Positions 40,884-53,722 of a stretch of 64,000 bases of DNA are shown here, piece by piece (positions within the stretch are counted from its first letter, which is position 1; the number at the start of each line of letters is the position of its first letter). Both the position numbers and the translations under genes were made by a program. Source of the DNA: an uncultured bacterium (GTDB lineage: Bacteria; Krumholzibacteriota; Krumholzibacteriia; Krumholzibacteriales; Krumholzibacteriaceae); contig CAWBAN010000001.1 of NCBI GenBank assembly GCA_963786935.1, positions 1,216,001 to 1,280,000 of the forward strand, read 5' to 3'. The notes under the pieces are model-generated. The model ran no database searches. It was not told the origin of the DNA and saw only the letters and a program-made list of their open reading frames with translations.

Positions 40884-41084
40884 TCACCCGTGCGTTTCGA
40901 TGAACTTCCTGAAGGAGCGGTCCCACGTCCGTTCCGCGTCCTCGGGGAACGCGCAGGCGGGAAGCTCTCGATTCTCGAGATGATACCTGATGCAGGCGCA
41001 GCAGTTGCCGTGACGGGGGCAGCCCCCGTACGTGCAGTTGCACCCCTGTTTGTTCTCCTCGAGCCGGTCGCACCGTGATGTCAT
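40884..41084 (-). CDS. Small cysteine-rich protein (DUF6485-like)
   Basis: CNCTY..CPRHGNCCACIRYH....ELPAC.F......DRS; RBS AAGGAG. Confidence 0.75.
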   Translation of the reverse strand: MTSRCDRLEENKQGCNCTYGGCPRHGNCCACIRYHLENRELPACAFPEDAERTWDRSFRKFIETHG

Positions 41085-41203
41085 TTCTTTCTCCTTCGAA
41101 GGCTTCCATTCTAACTCATTTGACCCTGTAAGCGCGGAAAAAAATGTGCTATACTGACGTAGAATCTTTCGAGGAAAGAAGCGTGCCGTTCAACGGTGGT
41201 TCG

Positions 41204-44200
41204 ATGACAACACGACATCTCGCAGGGATCTGCTGTGCCGTTTTCCTTCTCGCCGGAAATGCGCGGGCCGGCATCCTGACGAAACAGATCAGCTTCGATA
41301 ATCCCGCCGTTTCGAGCATGACGGGAGGCGCCCTCATCACGATTCCCGGCTGCCGCTCGATCGCGAATCCCGGAGAGCCGATCCTCCCCGTGTACGCGGC
41401 TTGTTTCATTCTCCCGCCGGGAGAATCCGTTTCCCGCGTCGTCATCGAGCCGCTCGAAACGGTCGCGATCGAAGGCTCCCACGCCGTCGCGCCGATGCAG
41501 CCGCAGGCGCCGCTCGGAACGAGCGATCCTCCCGGCTTCATGAGAAGCGAGGGCGTCTATCGGTCGTCGCAGCCGTTTCCCGCCGTTCGGGGAGAGCTCG
41601 CGACCGAGCAGACGGTCGCCGGCGTGCGGCTCGCCTTCGTGAACGTTCATCCGTGCGCGTTCGTGCCGTCGACCGGCGCCGTGCTCTTCTTCCCCTCGGT
41701 GCGGGTCACGATCGAAACAGCGCCGTCGCTCGGCGCCGCGGCGGCGCCCCCCGCCCGCACGCGCGAGGCGCTGCGCGCGCTGCGGCGCGTCGTGGAGAAT
41801 CCCGGCCTCTCGAGCGCATACGCGACGGCCGCTCCGCTTCTCGACGAGACGGACGAAGGGGAAGACGTCGTTCATTACCTCATCGTCACGAGCCCCGCGT
41901 TCGCCCCGTACTTCCAGCCGCTTGCCGATCTGAGGGTCCGCTGCGGCATGCGCGCCCGGATCGTCGATACGGCGTGGATATCGGCGAACTACACCGGGGC
42001 GGATCTGCAGGAGAAGATAAGGAATTTCATCCGGTTCGCCTACGAGAACTGGGACACGCGCTACGTGCTCCTCGGCGGAGACGACGAGGTGATCCCGCAC
42101 CGGGGGTTCTACGTGAAGGTCGGCATGACCGCCGACGTCAACATACCGTCCGATCTCTACTACGCCTGTCTCGACGGGACCTGGAACACCGACGGCGACG
42201 CGTACTACGGCGAGCCCGGCGAGGAGGATCTCCTGAGCGAGGTGATCGTCGGACGTCTGCCCGTCGATTCCCCCGAGGAGATCGAGAACGTCATCGGGAA
42301 GATCTCGTCCTACACCCTCTCCCCCGTCCCGGAGCAGTGCAGGAGCGCCGGGCTCTTCGGCGAGCTCCTCTGGTCGGTCTCGGGCGTCGACACGTGGGGG
42401 AGCGACTACAAGAACGAGATTCTCCTCGGTTCATCGAGCTGGGGATTCACGACGGCCGGCGTGCCGGCGGGCTTCTCGACGCCGCTCCTGTACGACTCGG
42501 AAAGCTACACGTGGAGCACGTCGGACGCGCTCTCGATTCTGAACGGCGGCGTCAACCTCGTGAACCACTGCGGTCATTCGAACCTCTACTCGGTCATGCG
42601 GATCGCGACGGGAGACGTGCCGTCGCTCACGAACGACGGCGTGTCCGCCGGCTTTTTCATCTGCTATTCCCAGGGCTGCTACGCAGCGTCGTTCGACAAC
42701 CGCGACGAGGCGGGCACCGTTCACGCCGAGGACTGCATCGCCGAGGCGCTCGTCACGGGCGAGCGCGGCGCCGTCGCCTTCATCGGAAACACGCGCCTCG
42801 GCTGGGACGCGCCCGGCTCGACGTGCGGCGTCTCGCAGCTCTTCGATCGCCAGTTCTTCGACGCCCTCTTCGGCGAAGGGATCACGCGGCTCGGCGACGC
42901 GCTCGATGATTCGCGGCTCGACAACGTCTCGTACATCGGCTACGAAGCGGTCCGCTGGGTCTATTACGGGATGTGTCTCCTCGGGGATCCCGCCCTGAGC
43001 GTGTGGACCGACACGCCGCGCCCGCTCGCCGTCGAGCACGACAGCGTCGTCTTCGCGGGGCAGGGGGGATTCGAGGTGCGCGTCTCCGACGGCGGCGGCC
43101 CCCTCCCGGGAGCGTTGGCGAGCCTCAACGCGCCGCCGCCGGGCGCCTATTGCGCCGCGGTCACCGACGACGCGGGGACCGCGCTCCTGCAGCCGCGTCC
43201 GCTCGGCACGGGAAGCGTCCTCCTCTCCGTCGTCTCCCCGAATCACTATCCGCACGCGGACACGCTCGCGGTCGAGGAGCTCACGGCGTATCTTCCCTCC
43301 GTCTCCCTCCTCGCCGTGAACGACGACACCGCGGGAGGGCAGGGGGACGGGGACGGCGTCGCCGAGACCGGAGAAACGGTCGCCCTCACGGTCGCGATCC
43401 GGAACATCGGCCTGAGCGGGCTGACGAACGTCTCGCTCTTTCTCACGGTCGACGGCGCGAGCGTGATCGTGCTCGCCGGGAGCGCCCTCGTCGGCGATCT
43501 CCCCCCGGGAGCGTCGGCGACGCTCGATCGCGCGTTCGTCGTGGAGATCATGCCGCGGGAGTCCGGCCCGGGCGAGGCGGCGCTCGAATTCGAGGTTTCC
43601 GCCGGCGAGGGAAACTGGAAGACGTCGATCGCGCTTCAGGTGAACGCCCCCGCCGTTTCGATCGAATCGATCTCGATCTCGGATACCGCTTACGGCAACG
43701 GCAACGGCTGCCTTGAGGCGTGGGAATTCCAGAACGTGTCGTTCGTCTGCCGGAACAGCGGCAACACGGAGGCGATCCTGCGGACGATCACCCTCGGCTT
43801 CCCCGATGACTCGTTCGCACGGGCGGTCAGGGCCACGATCGCGGCGCCGGTCATTCCCGCGGGGGGCACGGTCTCCTTTACCGACGAGCTGCTCTGGTTC
43901 GTGAAGGAAGCCGTTCCGCCGTTCTCGCGGATCGAGATGATCCTCGCGATCGACGGCAGCAACATGAAGGCTCACGCGGAGACGATCATCGCGCGGACAT
44001 GCGGCTACGGCCTCGACGATCCGGCCTCGACGGAGGGAGCGTTCAGCCATCGCGCGATCGCCGGCGTCGACCAATGGCATCTGAGCGCAACGCGGTTCCA
44101 TTCGGCGCCGTCGAGCTGGAAATGCGGGGATCCGTCGTCCGGGCCCTACGCGAATATCATGGAATCGATCCTCGAGCTTCCGCCCCTCTGCCTCTTCGAC

Positions 44201-44860
44201 AACCCGCGGCTGACCTTCTGGCACCGGATGAGCGCCGAAGCGGGCACGGCGTATCCCTACTGGGCGCTCGACGCCGGCGTCGTGGAGCTGTCGCAGGATC
44301 ACGGCGCGACGTGGAGGATCATCAATCCCACCGTCATCTATCCGTCGCGCGCGAGCCCGTACAACACGATCTTCCTCGCCGCCTATCAGCGGTGCTATTC
44401 GGGGACGTTCGATTGGAAGATGGAGACGTTCGATCTTTCGGCGTACCGCGGCCCCGTGCTCCTCCGATTCCACTTCGCGGGAGACGAGCAACGCGGATTC
44501 GAGGGGTGGTACATCGACGATATCGCCGTGACGACCGACGTGCCGACCGATGCGGGGGATCCCGGCGTACCGCGCGCCCCGACCGCGGACCGGCTCGCGT
44601 CCGCGTATCCGAACCCGTTCAACCCGCGCACGATCATTCCCTATGAGCTCGCCGCGCGCGGGGAGGTCGAGCTCAAGATCTTCGACGCGTCGGGGAGGCT
44701 CATCCGGACGCTTTTCGCGGGCGTCCGCGAGGCGGGACGGCACGAATCGGTCTGGGACGGAACGGACAACCGCGGCGCGGCGGTCGCGAGCGGCATCTAT
44801 TTCTGCAGATTCAGGACGGGCGTGTACTCGGCGACGACGCGGCTCGCGCTCGTTCGATGA
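41204..44860 (+). CDS. C25 (gingipain-family) cysteine peptidase with propeptide, Ig-like domains and C-terminal FlgD-Ig sorting domain
   Basis: Signal peptide, propeptide PGEPILP, YLIVT, YVLLGGD, SDLYY, VGRLP, catalytic NHCGH / QGC, LLGDP; C-terminal YPNPFNP...WDGTD...SGIYF. Confidence 0.9.
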   Translation: MTTRHLAGICCAVFLLAGNARAGILTKQISFDNPAVSSMTGGALITIPGCRSIANPGEPILPVYAACFILPPGESVSRVVIEPLETVAIEGSHAVAPMQPQAPLGTSDPPGFMRSEGVYRSSQPFPAVRGELATEQTVAGVRLAFVNVHPCAFVPSTGAVLFFPSVRVTIETAPSLGAAAAPPARTREALRALRRVVENPGLSSAYATAAPLLDETDEGEDVVHYLIVTSPAFAPYFQPLADLRVRCGMRARIVDTAWISANYTGADLQEKIRNFIRFAYENWDTRYVLLGGDDEVIPHRGFYVKVGMTADVNIPSDLYYACLDGTWNTDGDAYYGEPGEEDLLSEVIVGRLPVDSPEEIENVIGKISSYTLSPVPEQCRSAGLFGELLWSVSGVDTWGSDYKNEILLGSSSWGFTTAGVPAGFSTPLLYDSESYTWSTSDALSILNGGVNLVNHCGHSNLYSVMRIATGDVPSLTNDGVSAGFFICYSQGCYAASFDNRDEAGTVHAEDCIAEALVTGERGAVAFIGNTRLGWDAPGSTCGVSQLFDRQFFDALFGEGITRLGDALDDSRLDNVSYIGYEAVRWVYYGMCLLGDPALSVWTDTPRPLAVEHDSVVFAGQGGFEVRVSDGGGPLPGALASLNAPPPGAYCAAVTDDAGTALLQPRPLGTGSVLLSVVSPNHYPHADTLAVEELTAYLPSVSLLAVNDDTAGGQGDGDGVAETGETVALTVAIRNIGLSGLTNVSLFLTVDGASVIVLAGSALVGDLPPGASATLDRAFVVEIMPRESGPGEAALEFEVSAGEGNWKTSIALQVNAPAVSIESISISDTAYGNGNGCLEAWEFQNVSFVCRNSGNTEAILRTITLGFPDDSFARAVRATIAAPVIPAGGTVSFTDELLWFVKEAVPPFSRIEMILAIDGSNMKAHAETIIARTCGYGLDDPASTEGAFSHRAIAGVDQWHLSATRFHSAPSSWKCGDPSSGPYANIMESILELPPLCLFDNPRLTFWHRMSAEAGTAYPYWALDAGVVELSQDHGATWRIINPTVIYPSRASPYNTIFLAAYQRCYSGTFDWKMETFDLSAYRGPVLLRFHFAGDEQRGFEGWYIDDIAVTTDVPTDAGDPGVPRAPTADRLASAYPNPFNPRTIIPYELAARGEVELKIFDASGRLIRTLFAGVREAGRHESVWDGTDNRGAAVASGIYFCRFRTGVYSATTRLALVR

Positions 44861-44876
44861 TCGCGCGTCCCCCGAT

Positions 44877-45464
44877 TCACCTGATGAATTCCACGGTCCC
44901 GCGTTCGAGATCGTAGTACGCCCCGACCGCGCTGAGTGCTCCCGTCGCGATGCGGGTCTTCAGCGCGCCCTCGCTCCCCTCGAGGAAGCCGACGCTCGAC
45001 ATCACGCTGAGCCGCGCCGCGGCGTCGACGACGTCTCCCCCCTGCTCCCGCGCCTTCAGGACCGCCGGCTGAAGCGCCGCGTAAATCACGGCGATCCGTC
45101 CATGGGGGGCTTCTCCCTCCACCGCGGCGGTGACCGCGCCGCAGCGCGAATGCCCCATCACGACGATGAGCGGCACGTCGAGATGCGCGACCGCGTACTC
45201 GAGGCTCGCCACGCCCACGTCGTCGATGATATTTCCCGCGGTCCGCAGAACGAACAGGTCTCCGATCCCCTGATCGAAAACGATCTCGAGCGGAACCCGC
45301 GAATCGGAGCACGAAACGATCGCCGCGAAAGGCTTCTGCCCCTTCTCGAGCACCTGCGCGCGCCGGCCCGCGTCCTGCCGCGGGTGGATGCACGCGCCGG
45401 CCGCGAATCGCGCGTTTCCCTCGATGAGCTCGGCGAGCGCGCGCTCGGGGCTCTGCATTTTCAT
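44877..45464 (-). CDS. Beta-class carbonic anhydrase
   Basis: L..GNARF, CSDSRVP, GDLFVLRTAGN, SLEYAV, GHSRCGAV; ATG at 45464 overlaps the upstream stop. Confidence 0.95.
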   Translation of the reverse strand: MKMQSPERALAELIEGNARFAAGACIHPRQDAGRRAQVLEKGQKPFAAIVSCSDSRVPLEIVFDQGIGDLFVLRTAGNIIDDVGVASLEYAVAHLDVPLIVVMGHSRCGAVTAAVEGEAPHGRIAVIYAALQPAVLKAREQGGDVVDAAARLSVMSSVGFLEGSEGALKTRIATGALSAVGAYYDLERGTVEFIR

Positions 45465-46162
45465 GACGTATGTCCTTTCTTCGCCGGCGTCCCCGGCGTG
45501 ATCTCGCAGAATACGCTCGATGAGTCGACCTCGACGATGCGGGCATCCACGCCGATCTCGGCGGCGAGCGCGGCGAACTGCCGCGCCGAGAAGGTCGTCG
45601 CGGCGAAACCGTCCCGGCAGACGATCCTCCCGTCGCCCGTCCGCTCCCGGTCTATTGCCCCGACGAGGCCCGCTACGGCCTGCAGGACGAACCACTGGAG
45701 CCGGTCCTCCCAGAACGAGTCGCTGTAGCTCGAGAAGAGCGCGAGCCCCCCGGGCCGCGTCACGCGGACACCTTCGCGCACGAGCTCCCGCGCGTCGACG
45801 TGAAACGCCGAGATGCCGTTCTGGATGCACACGACGCGGTCGAACGCGCCGTCCCGAAAGCCGAGCCGGACCGCGTCCATCCGCGCGAAGGCGCAGTTAC
45901 CCGCGCGCTCGAGCCCCGCTCTTCCGTGCTCCATGCTCTCGATCGACGTGTCGATGCCGACGACGAAGCGCGCGATGCCCGCGAGCCGCGCCATCACGCG
46001 GCCGTAGCCGCAACCGAGCTCGAGCACCGTGTCCCCGGCCGTGAGACCGCGCAGAACGTGATCGATCTCCGCCTCCAGATACTGCCGAACGCGCGGCGGA
46101 GCGATCTCGTACGCCTTCTCGAGCCGGGCCGCGGAGAGCTTCTCGCGGTAGTAATCCGGCAT
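45461..46162 (-). CDS. Class I SAM-dependent methyltransferase
   Basis: VLELGCGYG, VGID, MDA..L.F.DGAFD, VTRPGG; start MPDYY at 46162. Confidence 0.88.
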   Translation of the reverse strand: MPDYYREKLSAARLEKAYEIAPPRVRQYLEAEIDHVLRGLTAGDTVLELGCGYGRVMARLAGIARFVVGIDTSIESMEHGRAGLERAGNCAFARMDAVRLGFRDGAFDRVVCIQNGISAFHVDARELVREGVRVTRPGGLALFSSYSDSFWEDRLQWFVLQAVAGLVGAIDRERTGDGRIVCRDGFAATTFSARQFAALAAEIGVDARIVEVDSSSVFCEITPGTPAKKGHTS

Positions 46163-46163
46163 C

Positions 46164-48754
46164 TCAGGAACGGGGCGATTCACCGGTGAGGCCCCTTCCC
46201 CGCGCAATGCCGACCGCCTTGAGCGTCTCGAACCACAGAACGCTCGCGAGCGCCGCGGCGAGACACAGGAGGAGATCGGCCCCATGCGGAGTTTCGAACA
46301 GGAACAGCCTTTGGAGGAACGGGACGTACAGCACGATCGCGAGGAAGGCGATCGCGCCGATCGACGACCACCACGCCGCGGCATTCGGCGCCCGGAGCGT
46401 CTGAAGAAACGTCCGCGAGTATGAACGGTTCGTGAAAATGAGCCCGAGGTTCGCGATGACGAGCGTCACGAAGGCGATGGCGCGCGCCTCGTTCTCGCTG
46501 TCCCCGTGCGATCGGGAGACGACGAACATCCCGAGAACGATGGCGAGAACGACCAGTCCCTGCAGGATGCTGAAGCTCACGATGCGCCTGTCGAGGAGCG
46601 GATGCTTCACGTTGCGGGGCGGGCGCTTCATGATGTCCTTCTCCTCGGCTTCCGCCTCGAACACGATCGAGCACGCCGGGTCGATGATGAGCTCGAGGAA
46701 CACGATGTGAACCGGCAGGAGGATGAGCGGCCATTTGAGGAGCACCGGAATGAGCGAGAGCCCCGCGATCGGCACATGGATCGCCAGGATGTACGCCATC
46801 GCCTTCTTCAGGTTGTCGTAGATCCGTCGCCCCATCCTGACCGCCTTGACGATCGACGAGAAGTCGTCGTCGAGGAGCACGAGCGAAGCCGCCTCGCGCG
46901 CGACGTCGGTGCCTCTGCCTCCCATCGCGATCCCGATATGCGCGGACTTGAGCGCCGGGGCGTCGTTGACCCCGTCCCCCGTCATGACGACGATCTCTTT
47001 GTTCGCCTTGAGCGCGTTCACCAGCTTCAGCTTCTGCTCCGGCATGACGCGCGCGAAGATGTTCGTCGCGCGCACGTGCTCTTCGAGGTCGACGGCGCCG
47101 GTCGCCTCCAGCTCGTAGCCGGTGAGCACCCGGTCGGCCGGCTCGAGCCCGGCCTGCCGCGCGATGTTGCGGGCGGTGCCGGGGTAGTCTCCCGTCACCA
47201 TGACGACGCGGATATCGGCGTCGTAGCATTCCCTGATCGAGCCCGCCACCTCGGAGCGCACGGGATCGGCGAGCCCGACGAGGCCGAGGAACCGGAAAAG
47301 GAAATCGTGCTGGCCGTCGGGCAGCTCCTCCTCGCGGAAGAGCGCCTTCGCGACGCCGAGCACACGCAGCCCCTTGTCGGCCATGCGGGACACGCGGGCC
47401 GAGATCGCCCCGGTTTCCGCGGCGCCGAGATGGCAGAGATCGGCGATGACCTCCGGGGCGCCCTTCGCCGCGATGACGAACTCCTCGCCGGACGGGGATT
47501 TCCAGACGCGCGATATCGCGAGCAGCTTCTCGGATATCGGGTATTCGTGCACGAGCGTCCAGTCGTCGTGGAGATGCTCGGTGTGCGCGAGGTAATGGTC
47601 GCCGAACTGCTTGAACGCCTTCTCCATCGGATCGAAGGGATCGCGCTGGCTCGCGAGAATCGAATACTCGACGATCTCGTGAAAGGTCTCGGGAAGCTCA
47701 TGGTCCTTCCGGTAATGGACGTCGTGCAATTCGCCGCGCGCGTCGAGCTCGCTCACGGACATCTGATTCATCGTGAGCGTGCCCGTCTTGTCGACGCAGA
47801 GAACGGTCGCCGCGCCGAGCGTCTCGATCGCCGGCATGTGCCGCGTGAGAACGCGCTTCTGCGAGAGGTGCCACGCGCCGAGCGCGAGAAAGACCGTGAG
47901 CACGACGGGAAACTCCTCGGGGAGAATCGCCATGGCGAGCGTGAGCCCGGCGAGAAATCCGTTGAGCCAGTCGGCTCTCGTGAATCCGTAGGTGACGATG
48001 ACGAGCGCGCACAGCGCGACGCCGACGAGCGCGAAATTCCGGACGAGCCGGCCGGTCTCTTTCTGGAGAAGCATCTCCTCGGGCTTCACGTCCTGAAGCG
48101 CCTTCCCGATCTTGCCCATCTCGGTGCCGACGCCGGTCGCCTTCACCTCCGCGATGCCCTGGCCCCGCACGGCCATCGTTCCCGAGTAGACGAACGGAAG
48201 CCCGTCCCCCCCGGCCGGCCCATTTCCGCGCGGCCGTCCCACACGCGCTTCGTCACGGCGAGCGATTCGCCCGTGAGCAGCGATTCGTCGGTCGAGAGAT
48301 TGCCGTGCCAGAGCACGACGCCGTCCGCGGGGACGCGGTCCCCCTCCGCGAGGACGATCACGTCGCCGCGAACGACCTCGCGCCCCGCGATGCGCTTCTC
48401 GACGCCGTCCCGTATCACGAGCGCGCGGGGGCTCGAGAGGTTCCGCAAGGCCTCGAGCGCCCGCTCGGTCTTCCGCTCCTGGTAGAAGGTGATCGTCATG
48501 ATGACGAACACGAAGCTGAGGAGCATGCACCCTTCCTGCACCTCCCCCAGAACGAAGTAAATCGCGCCGCAGCCGACGAGAAGAAGGAACATCGGCTCGC
48601 GGATCACGTCGAAGACGATATTGAAGATGTTTCTTCGCGCCGCGCTCGGGAGCTCGTTGTAGCCCTCCGCGGCGAGCCGCCGCGCGGCCTCCGCCTCGGA
48701 CAGCCCTTGAATCGAGTCGAGCGAGAATCCCGCGTCACCCGGTGTATGCGACAC
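46164..48754 (-). pseudogene. Cation-transporting P-type ATPase (type II), frameshifted at 48206-48212
   Basis: N-terminal part (GLSEAEA..RL...GYNEL, GDRVPADG, DESLLTGES) is in one frame; PEEFP, DKTGTLT, KGAPE, MVTGD and TGDGVNDAPAL are in another. The frames join at a G7 run where G8 would restore RPGGDGLPF. Confidence 0.85.
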
Positions 48755-48802
48755 GCCGACGACCTCCGTATGCGATACCCGCCGCCGCGGCGGGCCCGCC
48801 GC

Positions 48803-49405
48803 CTACTTGCCCTTTCGCCAGAACTTGAGGTGCTCGAGGTAGCTCTTCATCCGCGACGTCTCCGCCTCCCGGAAGACGCCCTCCCGCGCGAACCGGACGT
48901 CCTCGATCGTGTAGAAGGCCCGCGGATTGTACCGGTTGATGATCTCGTTCACGTGATCGAGATCGCTCCGTTTTACGATTGTATATATGAGGTTGACGGG
49001 GCCGCGCGCCCCCTGCGCGTCCACGCTCGTCACCCCGTAATCCTCCGCCTTCAGGCGCTCGATGAGCGCGGAGGCCTCCATGCTCGTCACGATGCGGATG
49101 AGGACCGTCCCCATCGCGAGACGCTCCTCGATGTACATCCCGACGAACGTCCCCATGGCGAAACCGGCTCCGTACGCGACGTAGTAGAACGCGTTCGTGA
49201 GGTTCATCATGATCTGACGGATCGCCAGGAGCCAGATCAGCACTTCGAAGAAGCCGAGCAGCGGCGCGAGGAATCGATGTCCCCGCCCGATGAAGAGGAT
49301 CCGCATCGTGCCGATGGAGCAATCGCAGATGCGCGCGAGAAAGATGAGGCCGGGTATGACCACCCAGACGAGCAGCTGAGACCCGAGTCCGGAGCCCGCA
49401 TCCAT
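48803..49405 (-). CDS. UPF0316/DUF2179-type membrane protein
   Basis: IFLARICDCSIGTMRI, GFFEVLIW, AYGAGFAMGTFVGMYIEE, YGVT..DAQG, PRAFYTIEDVR. Confidence 0.85.
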   Translation of the reverse strand: MDAGSGLGSQLLVWVVIPGLIFLARICDCSIGTMRILFIGRGHRFLAPLLGFFEVLIWLLAIRQIMMNLTNAFYYVAYGAGFAMGTFVGMYIEERLAMGTVLIRIVTSMEASALIERLKAEDYGVTSVDAQGARGPVNLIYTIVKRSDLDHVNEIINRYNPRAFYTIEDVRFAREGVFREAETSRMKSYLEHLKFWRKGK

Positions 49406-49532
49406 CGCGTTCCTTTCTTCGCCGCGCCTAACAAGCGCGCCGGAGGGCTTCGGGCACAAGCCTCCCCGGCGCACGTTCGCTATCTCGTTTCTGTGCTCCG
49501 CGCGACGACGCCGTCGCGCGCCCGCTCATCTC

Positions 49533-49838
49533 CTACCAGCGGTCGCCGCGGTCCCGCCGGCCGCCGCCTCCGCCGCCCCCGCCCCTTCTGCTGTCGGTCT
49601 TCGGACGGGCTTCGCTCACGTTCAGCGCGCGACCCTTGATATCCTTGCCGTTGAGCGCCGCGACCGCGGCCTTTCCTTCTTCAGCCACGGCCATCTCGAC
49701 GAACGCGAAACCTCTCGATCTATCAGTGAACTTATCCTTGATGATATTCACCGAATCAACCTTGCCGAAGGCTTCGAATTCCTTGCGCAACTCCTCCTCG
49801 CTCATATCGAAGGAGAGGTTGCCGACGTAGATGTTCAT
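49533..49838 (-). CDS. RRM-domain RNA-binding protein with Gly-rich tail
   Basis: RNP2 IYVGNL, RNP1 RGFAFVEM, C-terminal RGGGGGG. Confidence 0.95.
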   Translation of the reverse strand: MNIYVGNLSFDMSEEELRKEFEAFGKVDSVNIIKDKFTDRSRGFAFVEMAVAEEGKAAVAALNGKDIKGRALNVSEARPKTDSRRGGGGGGGGRRDRGDRW

Positions 49839-50033
49839 CCTGACCTCCTTTGCGTCATTGCCGCAGGTATATCAAAAAGAGCGCCCCCGTTCAATAGAAA
49901 ATCGGAGCGCGCCCGCCGCCCTGCCGCCGCGGCGCGCGGGCGCGTTAAATGCGGCCTTTACACCCACGGGGGAAAAGGCTACATTTCATGGATTGGAACG
50001 GCCGAAACGACGCATCCGCGGAGAGCGGAAACC

Positions 50034-51819
<1,786 letters not shown>

Positions 51820-51830
<11 letters not shown>

Positions 51831-52968
51831 TCCGCACAACGGCGGCGATCGGGCCGGCGCCAATCCCGGGCTCTACATCCACGTCCCCTTCTGCAAAACA
51901 AAATGCCCGTATTGCGACTTCTACTCGATTCCCGCCGGCGAATCGATCGGCCGATGGCTCGAGGCGCTCGCCCGCGAGGCGGCCCTGCGCCGCGGCGCAT
52001 GCGGCGCCTTCGACGCGCTCTACATCGGCGGCGGCACACCCTCCGTCCTGAGCGACGCCGAAACGGAGCGGATCTTCGAAATCGTCGACGCGAATTTTCG
52101 TTTCGCCTCCGGCGCCGAGGTCACGATCGAGGCGAACCCCGACGACGTGACCCCGCGCGCGGCGGCGCTCTGGCATGAGCTCGGCGTCAACCGGGCGAGC
52201 CTCGGCGTGCAGTCGTTCGACGACGACGCGCTCCGCTTCCTCCGGCGGCGGCACGACGCCGCTCGCTCCCGCGAGGCGTTCCGATCGCTCCGCGACGCGG
52301 GATTCTCGAACATCGGCATCGATCTCATCTACGGATTCGACGGGCAGAGCCTCGATCTCTGGCTGCGGACGCTCACGGAGGCGATCGAGCACCGGCCCGA
52401 GCACCTCTCCTGCTATCAGCTGACGATCGCGCGCTCGACGGAGTTCGCCGCGATGCTCGCGGCGGGGACGCTCGCCCCGCTCGACGAGGAAGCTCAGAGA
52501 GCGTTCTTCCTGGAAACGTCGGCGACGCTGACGCGGGCCGGCTACGTTCACTACGAGGTTTCGAATTTCGCGCGGCAGGGCGAGCCGCGGTCACGGCACA
52601 ACGGCAAGTACTGGAGCCGCACGCCGTATCTCGGCCTCGGGCCGTCCGCGCATTCCTTCCTCGACGGAAGGCGCTGGTGGAACGTCCGCTCCGTGGAAAC
52701 GTACTGCCGGCTGCTCGAAGAGCAGGTGAGCCCCATCGAGGATTCGGAGACGCTCGGCGCGGAGGAGATCGCGCTCGAGACGGTCGCTCTGGGATTCAGG
52801 ACCCGCGACGGCGTGCCGCTCGAAGCGCTGCGGCGGCATCCCGGCTGGGAGCGCACGCTCGATACGCTCGTCGCCGAGGGCCTCGTGACGGTCGAACACG
52901 GCCGCGCCGCCCCCACGACGGAAGGGCTCTGCGTCGCCGACCGTCTCGCGATCGCCTTCGCCGGCTGA
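51820..52968 (+). CDS. hemW: Radical SAM heme chaperone HemW
   Basis: LYIHVPFC..KCPYCDF, GGGTPS, EANP, SLGVQSF, YEVSNF, HN.KYW, YLGLGPSAHS; lepA-hemW synteny. Confidence 0.93.
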
Positions 52969-52984
52969 CGGAGGTCGCGCGCCG

Positions 52985-53644
52985 CTACTTCGATTTCACG
53001 GTTCCCTTCGACTCCAGCACGTGCTCCCGGTAGGAATACACGGTCACGACGAGCGCAGCCGCGAGCACCGGAACGAGGACGAACCAGATCGCGTACGAAG
53101 GAACGACGATTCCGCCGAGCGCCAGCACGCCGGCGATCTTGAACAGGATCCCGCCGAAACGGTGCGTCCGCTCCCAGACGCGGTCGCTCGCGAGCGTCCA
53201 CGGCGTCCTGATGCCGACGCACATGTTCCGCTTCGTACGCTCGAGGAGCGCGCCGCTGAAGTAGAAGAGAACCGCGAATCCGGGAGCGAGGAACATGATC
53301 ATGACGAACCGGCGCCCGAGGTTCCAGAATATCGTGAGCAGATACAGATACAGGAGGAACAGGAAGAGGAGCACGATGAATCGATCGAAGTGAACCCTGA
53401 ACGTCTCGATGTTCTCCTTGAGCGGATCGGTCCGCGGAATCGCGAGGAAGAGCAGAAACAGCCCGGCCATGACGATCGGGGCGAAGAAGAGCCCCCAGAA
53501 GCGCGGCATGAATCCGTCGACCTCGTTCGAGGCGTTCCAGTGTGAGGCCATTCGCTCCGGCATCCGGCCGGAGAGCGCCCATCCGAGAATGAATGAAACC
53601 AATACGATTCCGAGCACGATCCATTCGGCGGTTCGCAACTTCAT
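52985..53644 (-). CDS. SdpI/YfhL-family membrane immunity protein (DUF1648 N-terminus)
   Basis: P..MASHWNAS.EVDG, RN..VGIRTPWTLASDRVWERTHRFGG; about 6 TM helices. Confidence 0.9.
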   Translation of the reverse strand: MKLRTAEWIVLGIVLVSFILGWALSGRMPERMASHWNASNEVDGFMPRFWGLFFAPIVMAGLFLLFLAIPRTDPLKENIETFRVHFDRFIVLLFLFLLYLYLLTIFWNLGRRFVMIMFLAPGFAVLFYFSGALLERTKRNMCVGIRTPWTLASDRVWERTHRFGGILFKIAGVLALGGIVVPSYAIWFVLVPVLAAALVVTVYSYREHVLESKGTVKSK

Positions 53645-53722
53645 GGTAAACCTTCCTCTCTGCATTGAAAGGCCGCCTATCGATGCACGATTATGCCGGT
53701 TGTTTCACGGCAGGGTCGATGA

